NCBI GenBank assembly: GCA_050013755.1
Contig: JBEKER010000005.1
Coordinates: 864-64,863 of the forward strand
Length of the DNA stretch: 64,000 bases
Reading direction: 5' to 3'
From: Halobacteriota archaeon
GTDB lineage: Archaea; Halobacteriota; Bog-38; Methanoflorentales; Methanoflorentaceae
Position numbers and translations under genes: made by a program. This document shows positions 8,103 to 17,340 of the stretch, piece after piece (the first letter of the stretch is position 1; the number at the start of each line of letters is the position of its first letter). Under the pieces are notes generated by a model. That model was given only the letters and a program-made list of their open reading frames with translations, ran no database searches and was not told the origin of the DNA.

Positions 8103-9569
8103 ATGGACACGAAGACGTCGGGAGATACGCGTATCAGCTACGAGTGGATTGCTCTCTCAGTGACCACGATAGGCGCTCTGATGGCGGCGATTGATGCGTC
8201 GGCCGTGCTCATCGCGCTCCCCTCTATTATGGCCGATCTACAGGCAAGCTTCATAACGGTCATGTGGGTGCTGCTGGGGTACATGCTCATCCTTGCAGCG
8301 GTGGTCCCGGTCGTGGGCCGACTGGCCGACATGCTGGGGCGCAAGAACCTCTACAACCTGGGCTTTATCATCTTCACCGTCGGGTCGCTGCTATGCGCAC
8401 TGGCACAGCCGCAGTATCACGGCTTGGATTTAGTGGTCTACCGCATGATACAGGGCGTGGGCGGCGCGCTCCTCATCACCAACAGTGCGGCGATCGTGAC
8501 CGATGCCTTCCGCAGGGGAAATGTCGGCTTCGGCTTGGGGGTGAACGGGATCGCGTTTTCCGCGGGGTTCCTCCTCGGCCCTGTCGTCGGGGGGGTGCTC
8601 ACGTCGATTTCGTGGCGATTGGTGTTTCTAATAAACGTCCCAATTGGTATTATCGGCACGATATGGGGGATACTTCAGCTCAGAGAGCCAGTGATGCTTC
8701 CTAAAGGACAGCGCTTTGACTGGGCGGGAAGCCTGACCTTCACCCTGGGACTGGGGGCACTCCTTCTCGGCGTGTCACTTTATGCCTTTCCCGTAACCGC
8801 CATGTGGGTCGTGTACGTACTCTTTGTCGTGGCCGCAGTGAGTCTCGCGCTGTTTGTTGCTGCGGAGCGACGCGCTCCTGAACCGATGCTCAACCTCCAC
8901 CTTTTCGAGAATCGAAGCTTTGCCTTCGCCTCGGCTGCTAATGGGCTTAACGGGCTTGCCAGAGGGGCAGTGCTCTTCGTGCTTATATTCTTCCTGCAAG
9001 GACCATACGGCTACGACCCTCTAATGGCAGGCATTCTCTTGGCCCCTTTCGGTCTCGCTTTTTTGGTCGTCGGGCCGATTTCAGGGCACCTCTCCGATCG
9101 GTACGGTGCGCGCTACCTCGCAACTGCCGGGCTGCTCGTCTCCGCCGGAGGGTTGCTCGGGCTAGCCACGGTGGTGAGTACAACGCCGTATTGGGTCCTC
9201 GCCGTGTACATGGCGCTCATGGGCGGTGGTTCTGGCCTATTCGCGTCACCGAACATGAACGCGATCATGAGTGCGGTTAAGCCGAGCGAGCGCGGGAGCG
9301 CATCCGGCATACGGGCTATGCTGATGAATACCGGTCAGATGCTCTCCATCGCGATTGCTTTCCCGCTTGTCCTAAGCCAGATTCCTGAGGTCGTCATGTT
9401 CCACGTCTTTTTGTACGGGGGCGGCCTCAGTGGTACGCCTCAAGTCCTGGCGGCCTTCGAGTTTGGCATGCACGAGGCGTTTCTTGTATCCGCTGTGTTT
9501 ACGGTGTTTGCGGCGATCATCTCGTTTAGTCGACCCTCAGGTGCACCGCGCGATTCTGTGGCTGGTTGA
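8103..9569 (+). CDS. MFS transporter, DHA2 (EmrB/QacA-like, 14 TMS)
   Basis: Multi-TM ORF with MFS motifs (GRLADMLGRKNLY; LGPVVGGVL). The track ORF begins at GTG 8085. A TATA-like atatata at ~8069 favours ATG 8103. Confidence 0.85.
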   Translation: MDTKTSGDTRISYEWIALSVTTIGALMAAIDASAVLIALPSIMADLQASFITVMWVLLGYMLILAAVVPVVGRLADMLGRKNLYNLGFIIFTVGSLLCALAQPQYHGLDLVVYRMIQGVGGALLITNSAAIVTDAFRRGNVGFGLGVNGIAFSAGFLLGPVVGGVLTSISWRLVFLINVPIGIIGTIWGILQLREPVMLPKGQRFDWAGSLTFTLGLGALLLGVSLYAFPVTAMWVVYVLFVVAAVSLALFVAAERRAPEPMLNLHLFENRSFAFASAANGLNGLARGAVLFVLIFFLQGPYGYDPLMAGILLAPFGLAFLVVGPISGHLSDRYGARYLATAGLLVSAGGLLGLATVVSTTPYWVLAVYMALMGGGSGLFASPNMNAIMSAVKPSERGSASGIRAMLMNTGQMLSIAIAFPLVLSQIPEVVMFHVFLYGGGLSGTPQVLAAFEFGMHEAFLVSAVFTVFAAIISFSRPSGAPRDSVAG

Positions 9570-9756
9570 ATGGAGCCCTTGCTCTGAGTCGTGCTGCCAC
9601 CTCGACGCAACCCGGCACCTATACTTCAGTCGTCGCTTCGTGACCGCAGCTGGTCTTAGCAGCGCTGTAGTCGGTTGCGGTTGAATGCTTTGTCCCAAGC
9701 GTTTTCGTTCGTGGGCGCTAAGAAAGTTGATCCCGAGAGCGGCTACCACGCGGGTA

Positions 9757-10266
9757 TTACCACGTCTCGTGATGGATACACGAAGGATTGAATCGATCAA
9801 CCGGAGCCGGAGTCTCCGCTGGGCGTCCTACAGGGATTATACACAGAGGGATAACGTTCGCGGGCAGATTGAGCAGCTCTTTAATACCTTTGACTCGTTC
9901 TTCAAAGGGGTAAACTGCTGTCCATACAGCCCCTAATCTTCGTTCGGTCGCTTCAAGCAGTATGTTTTCGGCGGCGGCTGAGCAGTCCAGCACCCACAAG
10001 CCGGGAAACTTCTCCCGATTCTTGTCCGCACAGACCGCGATTGCGACGGCTGCATATTTTACCATCGGGGCCGTGGGACTAAGCCGTGAGATCTCTTCGA
10101 GGGTCTTTCGGTCTTTGATGATGACAAAATGCCACGGCTGTTCGTTCACCGCAGATGGCGCATGCATTGCGGCGGTGAGCAACGCCTCTATGTCATCATC
10201 AGAGACGGGCTCCTCGGTGTATTTGCGGATACTTCTTCTCGACCGTATAGCTTTAGTAACGTCCAT
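9757..10266 (-). CDS. nitroreductase-family protein
   Basis: RRSIRKYTEEPVSDDDIEALLTAAMHAPSAVNEQPWHFVII is the classical nitroreductase N-terminal signature. Confidence 0.85.
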   Translation of the reverse strand: MDVTKAIRSRRSIRKYTEEPVSDDDIEALLTAAMHAPSAVNEQPWHFVIIKDRKTLEEISRLSPTAPMVKYAAVAIAVCADKNREKFPGLWVLDCSAAAENILLEATERRLGAVWTAVYPFEERVKGIKELLNLPANVIPLCIIPVGRPAETPAPVDRFNPSCIHHETW

Positions 10267-10665
10267 TGTTCACCTCAGTCGGCCACTTTCCTTGCCTATA
10301 CTAACGAACAGCGCAGCGAGTTGAAAACTGTATTCCTCGTTTAGCACTAAGGCCTGCCAAAAGAAACGCTGTTGTTGTGAAGCCGGGAGCGTCATTTCTT
10401 GTAAGCCTTTACTGGGTCCACGTAATGCCCGGATCGTCACCAGCGATGTGCTACCATTTCATATTTTCACGCAGGGACAGCAAATATCAGTTGGCGTCGC
10501 TGGCTCCCTGCGCCTAGTGATGCACTCGTTTCGGATCAGCTTAGCTCGCAGGGGATAAGGAAGGTTCTTTACCAATGCACACTAAATCTGTTCATGACGA
10601 CTTTTTGCGAGAGCTATTTGTGAGTGACTAACAAGTCAGCAGCGAAAGAAAAGCGGAGACGTGAG

Positions 10666-11226
10666 ATGGCGAGAAAACGCACTCGGCCACCGGATCTAGA
10701 ATCGAAACTAGTGCCCGTTCCAACTGTTTTTATCACCGAGTCATTGCACTTTGAAACGGAGTATTTGGCCCTCCGACTGACCGATGCATTTCACGTGGTC
10801 GAGAAGAAAGAACAGCTGATTCGAAGCGCGATTCAGTGTCTTGACACACAGATCACAAACGACGCTGAAATGGGGATGCTCAGGAGAGAGTGCTCGTTAT
10901 ACCAAATAAAAATCGATCCGGATAAAACGCAGGCACGCGCCGAGCTCCAGGAGCAACTCGCAGAACTCGGCGAGCAGCATAAAACGCTCGAAGCCGTATT
11001 ATCGGCGGTGGAAGAGGCCGCCAAATCGCCACGCACGATCACGCCAGAATACGAGAAATTTGCAGCCGACTCACGGCGAGTGGTCCTGGCCTCGCTAAGC
11101 GGCAAAGTCGTCCGCTTTGAGAGCGTAGGTGACCCGCACCCGCTCGAACCGATCGAAACGTCAGACCCTCGCGTTGTTGCCGCACTGATACGCCATCACA
11201 TAGGCCGCCCGGCCGTCATTGAATAA
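10666..11226 (+). CDS. hypothetical protein (coiled-coil segment)
   Basis: ORF 10624..11226. ATG 10666 has GGAG 7 nt upstream. No family recognised. Confidence 0.5.
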   Translation: MARKRTRPPDLESKLVPVPTVFITESLHFETEYLALRLTDAFHVVEKKEQLIRSAIQCLDTQITNDAEMGMLRRECSLYQIKIDPDKTQARAELQEQLAELGEQHKTLEAVLSAVEEAAKSPRTITPEYEKFAADSRRVVLASLSGKVVRFESVGDPHPLEPIETSDPRVVAALIRHHIGRPAVIE

Positions 11227-11291
11227 GCTGTGTACACCCGTTCACGATTTCCAGCGTCTTCGGGGCATAATAAAAAGGCAGGTAAGGTTTT

Positions 11292-11960
11292 ATGGATGTC
11301 ATAGATGCTCTAAACTCTCGTTTTACGGTCCGTGCGTTTGAGCCAGATCCTGTGCAGAAGGGAACCATTCTTAAGATTCTGGATGCCGCGACGCGTGCTC
11401 CCTCATCGGGCAATACCCAGCCATGGGAACTCTTTGTTGCTGGCGGGGACACGCTGGACCGGCTTCGTCACGCTTATGACGAACGCTTCAGCAAAGGGGT
11501 GCCGGGCAGCCCCGATCTACCGGCACCGCAGCAGTGGCCCGCCGCTCTACAAAAGCGTATGGACGAACTCAAGGCCGCACGCTTTGAATCCCTGGGCATA
11601 GAACGCGACGACGCGGCGGCGCGGCATGCCATGTTTGAGCGCGCCCATCAGTTCTTTGGAGCGCCGACGGTGGTGTACCTCTGCATGGACCGCACACTCA
11701 CGGCGTGGTCGATATTTGATATGGGGCTGCTTGCGCAGAGTATCATGCTCGCGGCACAGCAATACGGCGTTGATTCAGCTGCCGCGGCACTTCTGATTTC
11801 CTACCCTGACCTCATTCGTGCAGAACTGGAAATTCCGGAAGACGTGTCGATACTAATGGGCGTCGCATTGGGGTACCGCGATCGGCAACATCCGCTAAAT
11901 CAGTACCGAAGCCCCAGACGGCCGCTGCAAGAAGTTGTACGCCTGAAAGGTCTCACGTAA
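11292..11960 (+). CDS. nitroreductase-family oxidoreductase
   Basis: RFTVRAFEPDPVQKGTILKILDAATRAPSSGNTQPWELFV plus a C-terminal LGYRD motif. Confidence 0.85.
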   Translation: MDVIDALNSRFTVRAFEPDPVQKGTILKILDAATRAPSSGNTQPWELFVAGGDTLDRLRHAYDERFSKGVPGSPDLPAPQQWPAALQKRMDELKAARFESLGIERDDAAARHAMFERAHQFFGAPTVVYLCMDRTLTAWSIFDMGLLAQSIMLAAQQYGVDSAAAALLISYPDLIRAELEIPEDVSILMGVALGYRDRQHPLNQYRSPRRPLQEVVRLKGLT

Positions 11961-12021
11961 CTCTCCGTAGCAAGAAGGCCAGCTCAACACGTCTGGACTG
12001 ATTTTCGATTGTCGACAAAGC

Positions 12022-12372
12022 TCACAGAGATGGTTGCCCGCGGCCTGCGGACAGGCTTCGCTTGCTCTCTATGGACTTTGTTGAGATTATATAGGCTATA
12101 GAGGCACTGTTGATGAGGAGCCAGAACGACTCGCCCCAGGAATTTAGTTCCTGCTGTACCCCGTCGTCACCAAGACTGATGGTGGTGAGACTGTTGAAGA
12201 CGAGGGACCCGTCCTCGAGCCAGTCAGACAGAAAGCCGTGATACAAATACCCATCCAAGCCCTTGAATTCGAGGTCGTTTCCGACCCACTCATCATAGTA
12301 CTGCTCGCGCAACTCTTTGAGATCCATACCAATCACTACTCGGTAAACAATACTAAACCCTACGTATACCAT
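12022..12372 (-). CDS. hypothetical protein
   Basis: 116-aa ORF with an alternative ATG at 12327 (MDLKEL...) preceded by GTGAT. No family recognised. Confidence 0.4.
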   Translation of the reverse strand: MVYVGFSIVYRVVIGMDLKELREQYYDEWVGNDLEFKGLDGYLYHGFLSDWLEDGSLVFNSLTTISLGDDGVQQELNSWGESFWLLINSASIAYIISTKSIESKRSLSAGRGQPSL

Positions 12373-12849
12373 TAACCCCGTTTAAGCGCGACGAGCACGC
12401 GCACATCTGCCGAGCTCAAATCCAAACGAACGGCAGTTCCCACTCTTTGTTTACGGAGAGAGGATTCGGGTAACCAACGTTCGCGAGCAAAAAGCCCTCA
12501 ACAGGACTTTGCACGATCTTATTGATCCGGCGCACGACCTCACATATCAAACCAGCTGAACAGGGCAAATGCTCGTAACTCAATGCTGCCCCCTGGCGGC
12601 TTGCAGCACTTAATTGGTCTACAACTCGTGAGCTATTTTCTGTGCTTAACGGCACGTCGCACTTTGCAGCAAGCGTGTTGATAAAGCGTCAGCCCAAAAA
12701 AATAGTGAAAGAACTATCGCTCGAGCTTGCATTCCCAGTTGTGCGTTAGGATGCGGCCTGGTACGAAACAAGACGTTAAGTCTAGTTTTGATCCAAGCTT
12801 GAGCCCTAATGCGCCACTGAACTAAGCTAAGCGCTAGGAGGTAGAGAGA

Positions 12850-13107
12850 ATGTTGTTTATTTTGTGGTTCAAATTCGACCCCGAACATACCGAGCGGGTC
12901 CGTGAAATGTGGAAACAGTTCAAGTACCCGGAAGCCGTGAAGCTGATAGGCCGGTACGTGCTCATCGGCAGGCATATTTCCGTTGCAATCTTCGACGCAC
13001 CCGATGAGGCAGCGCTGCTAAAGGTTACAGGACCGTTCAGCAGCCTCGGCGTGGCTCACGTCGCACCTGCGATGCCGCTTGAGGAAGCGATTCAAGTATC
13101 GTGGTAA
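12850..13107 (+). CDS. small DUF3303-like protein
   Basis: 85 aa with a strong AGGAGGT 7 nt upstream. The MLFILWFKFDPEH... start and the size resemble DUF3303 proteins. The family label is tentative. Confidence 0.5.
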   Translation: MLFILWFKFDPEHTERVREMWKQFKYPEAVKLIGRYVLIGRHISVAIFDAPDEAALLKVTGPFSSLGVAHVAPAMPLEEAIQVSW

Positions 13108-13253
13108 GACAGAAAATGGTCACGCGTCGTTTGATACGTTCACTGCGTGACAACAAGCAGAGATCGGGCTTGGCGTGGTTCATCACGCCAGGCCTTGAAG
13201 ATATACGGAGCCAGCAGAGGCAAGTCGTTCAGCTGGTCCGCAATCAGCCTGTG

Positions 13254-13622
13254 TTACTTCGCGGACGGGTCTAACTCCATTACGCCAAAAACGTTCCCTT
13301 CTGTGTCCGTGCAGTAAGCGAGATACCCCTGGCCCGGAACCGCCAGCTTTGGCATCATAACGTTTCCGCCTGCGTCCACGATCTTTTTCGTGAAGTCATC
13401 GACAGATACGACGCTGATGGTGTTCGTCGTCACCTGCTCAGGCATCACGCGCGGTAGTATCGCACCGTTGATTCCCGGTTCGCCATCGGGTCCTGTGGCA
13501 ACTAGCCAGTAATTCGTGGGCCCTTCCCACTTTGTGATGGTCCAGCCAAATACCTTCTCGTAAAACGCTTTCGCCCGCTTTGGGTCATCGGCAGGCAGCT
13601 CGAAATGTACTACTCTTGGCAT
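13254..13622 (-). CDS. VOC (glyoxalase/bleomycin-resistance) family protein
   Basis: MPRVVHFELPADDPKRAKAFYEKVFGW...GYLAYCTDTEGNVFGVME. ATG 13622 is preceded by GGAG. The upstream extension in the track ORF (to 13760) is rejected. Confidence 0.8.
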   Translation of the reverse strand: MPRVVHFELPADDPKRAKAFYEKVFGWTITKWEGPTNYWLVATGPDGEPGINGAILPRVMPEQVTTNTISVVSVDDFTKKIVDAGGNVMMPKLAVPGQGYLAYCTDTEGNVFGVMELDPSAK

Positions 13623-13951
13623 TTTGTTCTCCTTGAAGTTTTTGAAAGCCTTTGTAACGCTAGTACTTACACCCTTTGATCGAGAACCGTGCACCAAACG
13701 CGCGAGTGCCGCGCTAAACACGGTGCAGGGCCGCTGGAGAACAAAGAAGCTCCGGCACAAAAAAGTGATTTACAACGATCTATTGTGTGTTTAAGATGAC
13801 ACACCCCAGTTGAACGCATTCGGCGCTTTATGGGCACCGATACCTGAATGCGTTATCCTTATAATGATGCTCTCATGATGCATGCAAGGTTCTAGAATTA
13901 CTGACAATCGGATCCGAAGTAGGTGTTGTGGAGAGCTGGAGAGGTGTTGAG

Positions 13952-14305
13952 ATGCACGAAGAAGGCGATGCGGAAGTGCGCACGATATTGGAACGAGTGG
14001 CGAGTTACTATGGCTTTGTTCCCCGAATCTATGAAGAGCTCCGGCACAACCCGGCAGCACTCAAAACCTTTTTCTATAAAAATGAGCAGCTGGCGACCGA
14101 CAAGGCACTAACTGGACTTGCTAAAGAGCTCATCGCGATCGGAGCTGCAGCTGCTCTCGGATCCGAATATTGTCTCAGTACGCACATTGAAGGAGCAAAG
14201 CGTCAGGGTGCCGTCGATGATCAGATCTTTCTCGCGATACTGCTTGGGGCATCCGTTGCCGAAACCACAGCGCTGTCTAAATCACTTCGGGTGTGGCAGC
14301 GCTAA
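13952..14305 (+). CDS. carboxymuconolactone decarboxylase (AhpD-like) family protein
   Basis: LKTFFYKNEQLATDKALTGLAKELIAIGAAAALGSEYCLSTHIEGAKRQG matches the CMD-domain pattern (C-x2-H). Confidence 0.75.
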   Translation: MHEEGDAEVRTILERVASYYGFVPRIYEELRHNPAALKTFFYKNEQLATDKALTGLAKELIAIGAAAALGSEYCLSTHIEGAKRQGAVDDQIFLAILLGASVAETTALSKSLRVWQR

Positions 14306-14333
14306 CGTGCGGCCCGCGTGCCATCGCGTGGGA

Positions 14334-14792
14334 TTATGTAACAGTCACCGTGTAAGTCACTTGGTCAGTCACGATTTGCGACGGACTGACATTGTGGAAC
14401 GTGATTGTGGTCGTTCCTTTCGCAAGGCCTTGAAACGTAAAATTCTGCGATCCGGGCACGCCGACAAGATTGTGGGGGTTAGGATCGCTGATAAACACAC
14501 TGTCTACCAGCGACAGCGCTGTGTGATCAAACTGAGGTTCCCAGCTGTATCCCGTCGACGGATTTGTCCGCAGCGTTATCGTAAAATTTTGCCCCTGCGC
14601 CGCGGTTATCGATTCTCCCTGCGTAACATTTGTACTGTTTGAGGTCTTTGTCATCGGTGCGCTCTCGCTCGTTTGCGTTGTTGCAGTTGAGGCGGTGTTG
14701 TTGCTCGTGCTCGACGTGCACCCGGCTACAACGACTGTGACGGATAGCAGCGCGATCACTAGGCCAGCGATGATGACGCGCTTTTTTTCCAT
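14334..14792 (-). CDS. chagasin-family (I42) cysteine-peptidase inhibitor, lipobox signal peptide
   Basis: MEKKRVIIAGLVIALLSVTVVVAGC signal/lipobox, an S/T-rich linker, then NPSTGYSWEP and GSQNFTFQGLAKGTTTITF (chagasin/ICP motifs). Confidence 0.7.
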   Translation of the reverse strand: MEKKRVIIAGLVIALLSVTVVVAGCTSSTSNNTASTATTQTSESAPMTKTSNSTNVTQGESITAAQGQNFTITLRTNPSTGYSWEPQFDHTALSLVDSVFISDPNPHNLVGVPGSQNFTFQGLAKGTTTITFHNVSPSQIVTDQVTYTVTVT

Positions 14793-15046
14793 AATCTCGC
14801 ATTTACGGTGCGTACTATATATGCTGATGGGGATGAAGTACGCCACGTCTGGACACGATCCCTTCTTCTCTGTGTACGCAAAATGTCCCCTACTTGCACG
14901 TAGACGGCGGTTCTTGCAAGTGCCGCAGAGCGGCGGGGGCGGCAAAAGACACAACTTATAGAGGGGCTTTCTTTGACGATATGGCGGCAAACCACGTCTC
15001 TTATGGAGTCCGACAAGTATTTACCGACCGCTGCTCTCTTTATGTT

Positions 15047-16450
15047 ATGCTCTCCCACAAAGTAGATCTCGAAAAACTCGAAGAGCCTGAGAAAGTCGTC
15101 GGGCCTGCGTACACCTCACGCTATTGCACATTACCGGTTCCAAAGTACGAACTCTCTGAAACTGGCATGCGGCCCGATTGCGCGTATCAGCTCGTACACG
15201 ATGAAATGAACTTGGATGGCAACCCCTCCCTCAATCTCGCGAGCTTTGTAACCACCTGGATGGAGCCGCAGGCAACGCAACTCATCGTCGAGAACATCCA
15301 CAAGAACTTCGCCGATCAGTTCGAGTACCCGCAGACGGAGGTGATACACAAGCGGTGCGTCAACATGCTCGCACGCCTCTTTAATGCGCCCGACCCTGTA
15401 ACGTTTGCCGGCACCGCAACGGGCGGCTCGTCCGAAGCGGTGATGCTTGGCTTACTAGCCCACAAGTGGAAATGGAAGAAGCGCCGCGAAGCAGAAGGTG
15501 CGGCGTGCGATAAGCCGAATCTGATCTTCGGTGCCGATGCACACATTTGCTGGGACAAATTTGCCAAATACTTCGACGTTGAGCCGCGGGTGATACCACT
15601 CGAGGAGGATCGTTTTACCATCACCAGGGAGGCAGTTACTGACCTTATCGACGAAAATACTATCTGTGTCGGCGTTATCCTGGGGACGACGTTCACTGGC
15701 GAGATCGACCCAATCGAGGAGATTAACGACCTGCTTGTCGAAGTAAAGAACACACGCGGATGGGATATTCCCATTCACGTCGATGCCGCAATCGGGGGAT
15801 TCATCCTGCCGTTTACGCAACCAGAGCTGCGGTGGGATTTCAGACTGTCCCAGGTGAAATCGATCAACGTGTCCGCCCACAAGTACGGCTTGGTATACCC
15901 CGGCCTTGGGTGGCTTATCTTCCGCGATACCAGCGACCTGCCAGCGGACCTCGTGTTTTACGTAAACTATCTCGGCGATGAGATGGCCAGCTACACCCTG
16001 AATTTCTCGCGCGGCAGCGGCATGTTGCTCGCGCAGTACTACAACTTGCTACGGCTTGGTTGGAAAGGGTACGCGATGGCCGCCGGGGCAGTCCTCGAAA
16101 ACTCCCAATACCTGACCAAGCGGCTCGTGGACACGGGGTATTTCGATATCCTCAACGCAGGTGAGATTCTCCCTGTCGTCACGTTCCAGCTCAAAGAACC
16201 CGTCGATTTCTCCGTGTATGATCTATCCGCCAAGCTGCGGGAACGGGGTTGGATCGTCCCCGCCTACACGCTGCCACCAAATGCCGACGCCATCCCCCTG
16301 ATGCGAGTCGTCGTCCGACAGAACTTCAGTCGCGACATGGCAGATCTCTTCGTTGACGACATTAAAAAGGCGTACGCCGCTCTGCTAGCACCCAAAACCA
16401 AGACAATCGTGAAGCAACGATCGCCGCGCGAAGCACATCCGGTATCGTAA
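15047..16450 (+). CDS. gadB: glutamate decarboxylase, GadB type (PLP-dependent), copy 1
   Basis: [46 protein letters not shown]-lysine motif [26 protein letters not shown] 15047 gives 467 aa. Confidence 0.9.
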   Translation: MLSHKVDLEKLEEPEKVVGPAYTSRYCTLPVPKYELSETGMRPDCAYQLVHDEMNLDGNPSLNLASFVTTWMEPQATQLIVENIHKNFADQFEYPQTEVIHKRCVNMLARLFNAPDPVTFAGTATGGSSEAVMLGLLAHKWKWKKRREAEGAACDKPNLIFGADAHICWDKFAKYFDVEPRVIPLEEDRFTITREAVTDLIDENTICVGVILGTTFTGEIDPIEEINDLLVEVKNTRGWDIPIHVDAAIGGFILPFTQPELRWDFRLSQVKSINVSAHKYGLVYPGLGWLIFRDTSDLPADLVFYVNYLGDEMASYTLNFSRGSGMLLAQYYNLLRLGWKGYAMAAGAVLENSQYLTKRLVDTGYFDILNAGEILPVVTFQLKEPVDFSVYDLSAKLRERGWIVPAYTLPPNADAIPLMRVVVRQNFSRDMADLFVDDIKKAYAALLAPKTKTIVKQRSPREAHPVS

Positions 16451-17262
16451 GCCGATTGACTGCGCTTTAGACAACTTGGTCGTGAGCGCGGCATCGAGAG
16501 CGCATATAGGAGACTACGCGCTTGGCTGACGCGGCCGTGGCCCCACGACGCACCCTTTCGAGCAGGGCTCTCTTGCACTGTCAGCTAGACTGAATCGCGG
16601 GGACCCACGCGGGGGACTTGCGGATGCCGCGCGCTAACCCAATACGCGGAACTGGTACGCAAGCAGCCACCAAAGCACAAAAACAAGGATGATTAATACG
16701 ATCAAGAATATTCCCGCAAGTTGGCGCTGTTCCACGGCTTATCACCCGGCTGACCTTTTGTGCGCTCTTCGATAAAGAGGATGTCGGTCCGCGCAGCACG
16801 CCTCAACACAAACGCCGTCTAACCGCAGGCGCTCACTTATTTCATATCGTTCGGGTGATGCTGGCGCATATGCTGTTCGATCACTTCAACGCGCCGTAAC
16901 AGGTCTTGGATAGTCTTAATCTGTTCGTTAGGGTTGCGTGTTCTGATGTGTTTTTCTACGGCTTCGACTCGACCTGCAATGTCCGCTACCGGGCGCTGGA
17001 CCCCGTGCCGGTTTCTTTACAGCGCCGCAATGTGCCAGCCTCTGCAGAACCGGGCGATTTCAAAGCCTAGGGCAACGCGACTAAGCGAGACAAAGGTGAG
17101 GTGCGTGCTGAGCCGATCGTGCTGTCGCGGCGCTGTGCGGCGGAATGAGACTTTGAAGGGCATTAGACGGCGCAATTCGCTTCATTTTCTATCACAATTT
17201 TTATAACGTTCGTTGGCTATCACTACTGCAGCCGCTATAACTCTCATCGGGAGGGATCGAAA

Positions 17263-17340
17263 ATGAATGTAAATGCACCTAAAATAACTGCACTGTTAAG
17301 AGCAGCCCCGTTTTCACCTGAGGTGATTGGCGATGTCTGA
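17263..17340 (+). CDS. 25-codon upstream ORF overlapping the sulfatase start
   Basis: GGGAGGGA lies 6 nt upstream of ATG 17263. It encodes MNVNAPKITALLRAAPFSPEVIGDV, and its TGA (17338-17340) overlaps the sulfatase ATG 17333 (ATGTCTGA). Confidence 0.3.
   Translation: MNVNAPKITALLRAAPFSPEVIGDV

Noticed and set aside
12416-12655. 79-aa minus-strand ORF between 12372 and 12850
   Set aside because: It has a GTG start with no SD or TATA context and no recognisable motif. It could be real but cannot be supported from sequence alone.
16837-17016. Protein-like minus-strand open frame (…ADIAGRVEAVEKHIRTRNPNEQIKTIQDLLRRVEVIEQHMRQHHPNDMK)
   Set aside because: There is no ATG/GTG/TTG between the upstream in-frame TAA and the last 15 codons, so it cannot be called a gene. 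It may be a decayed remnant.
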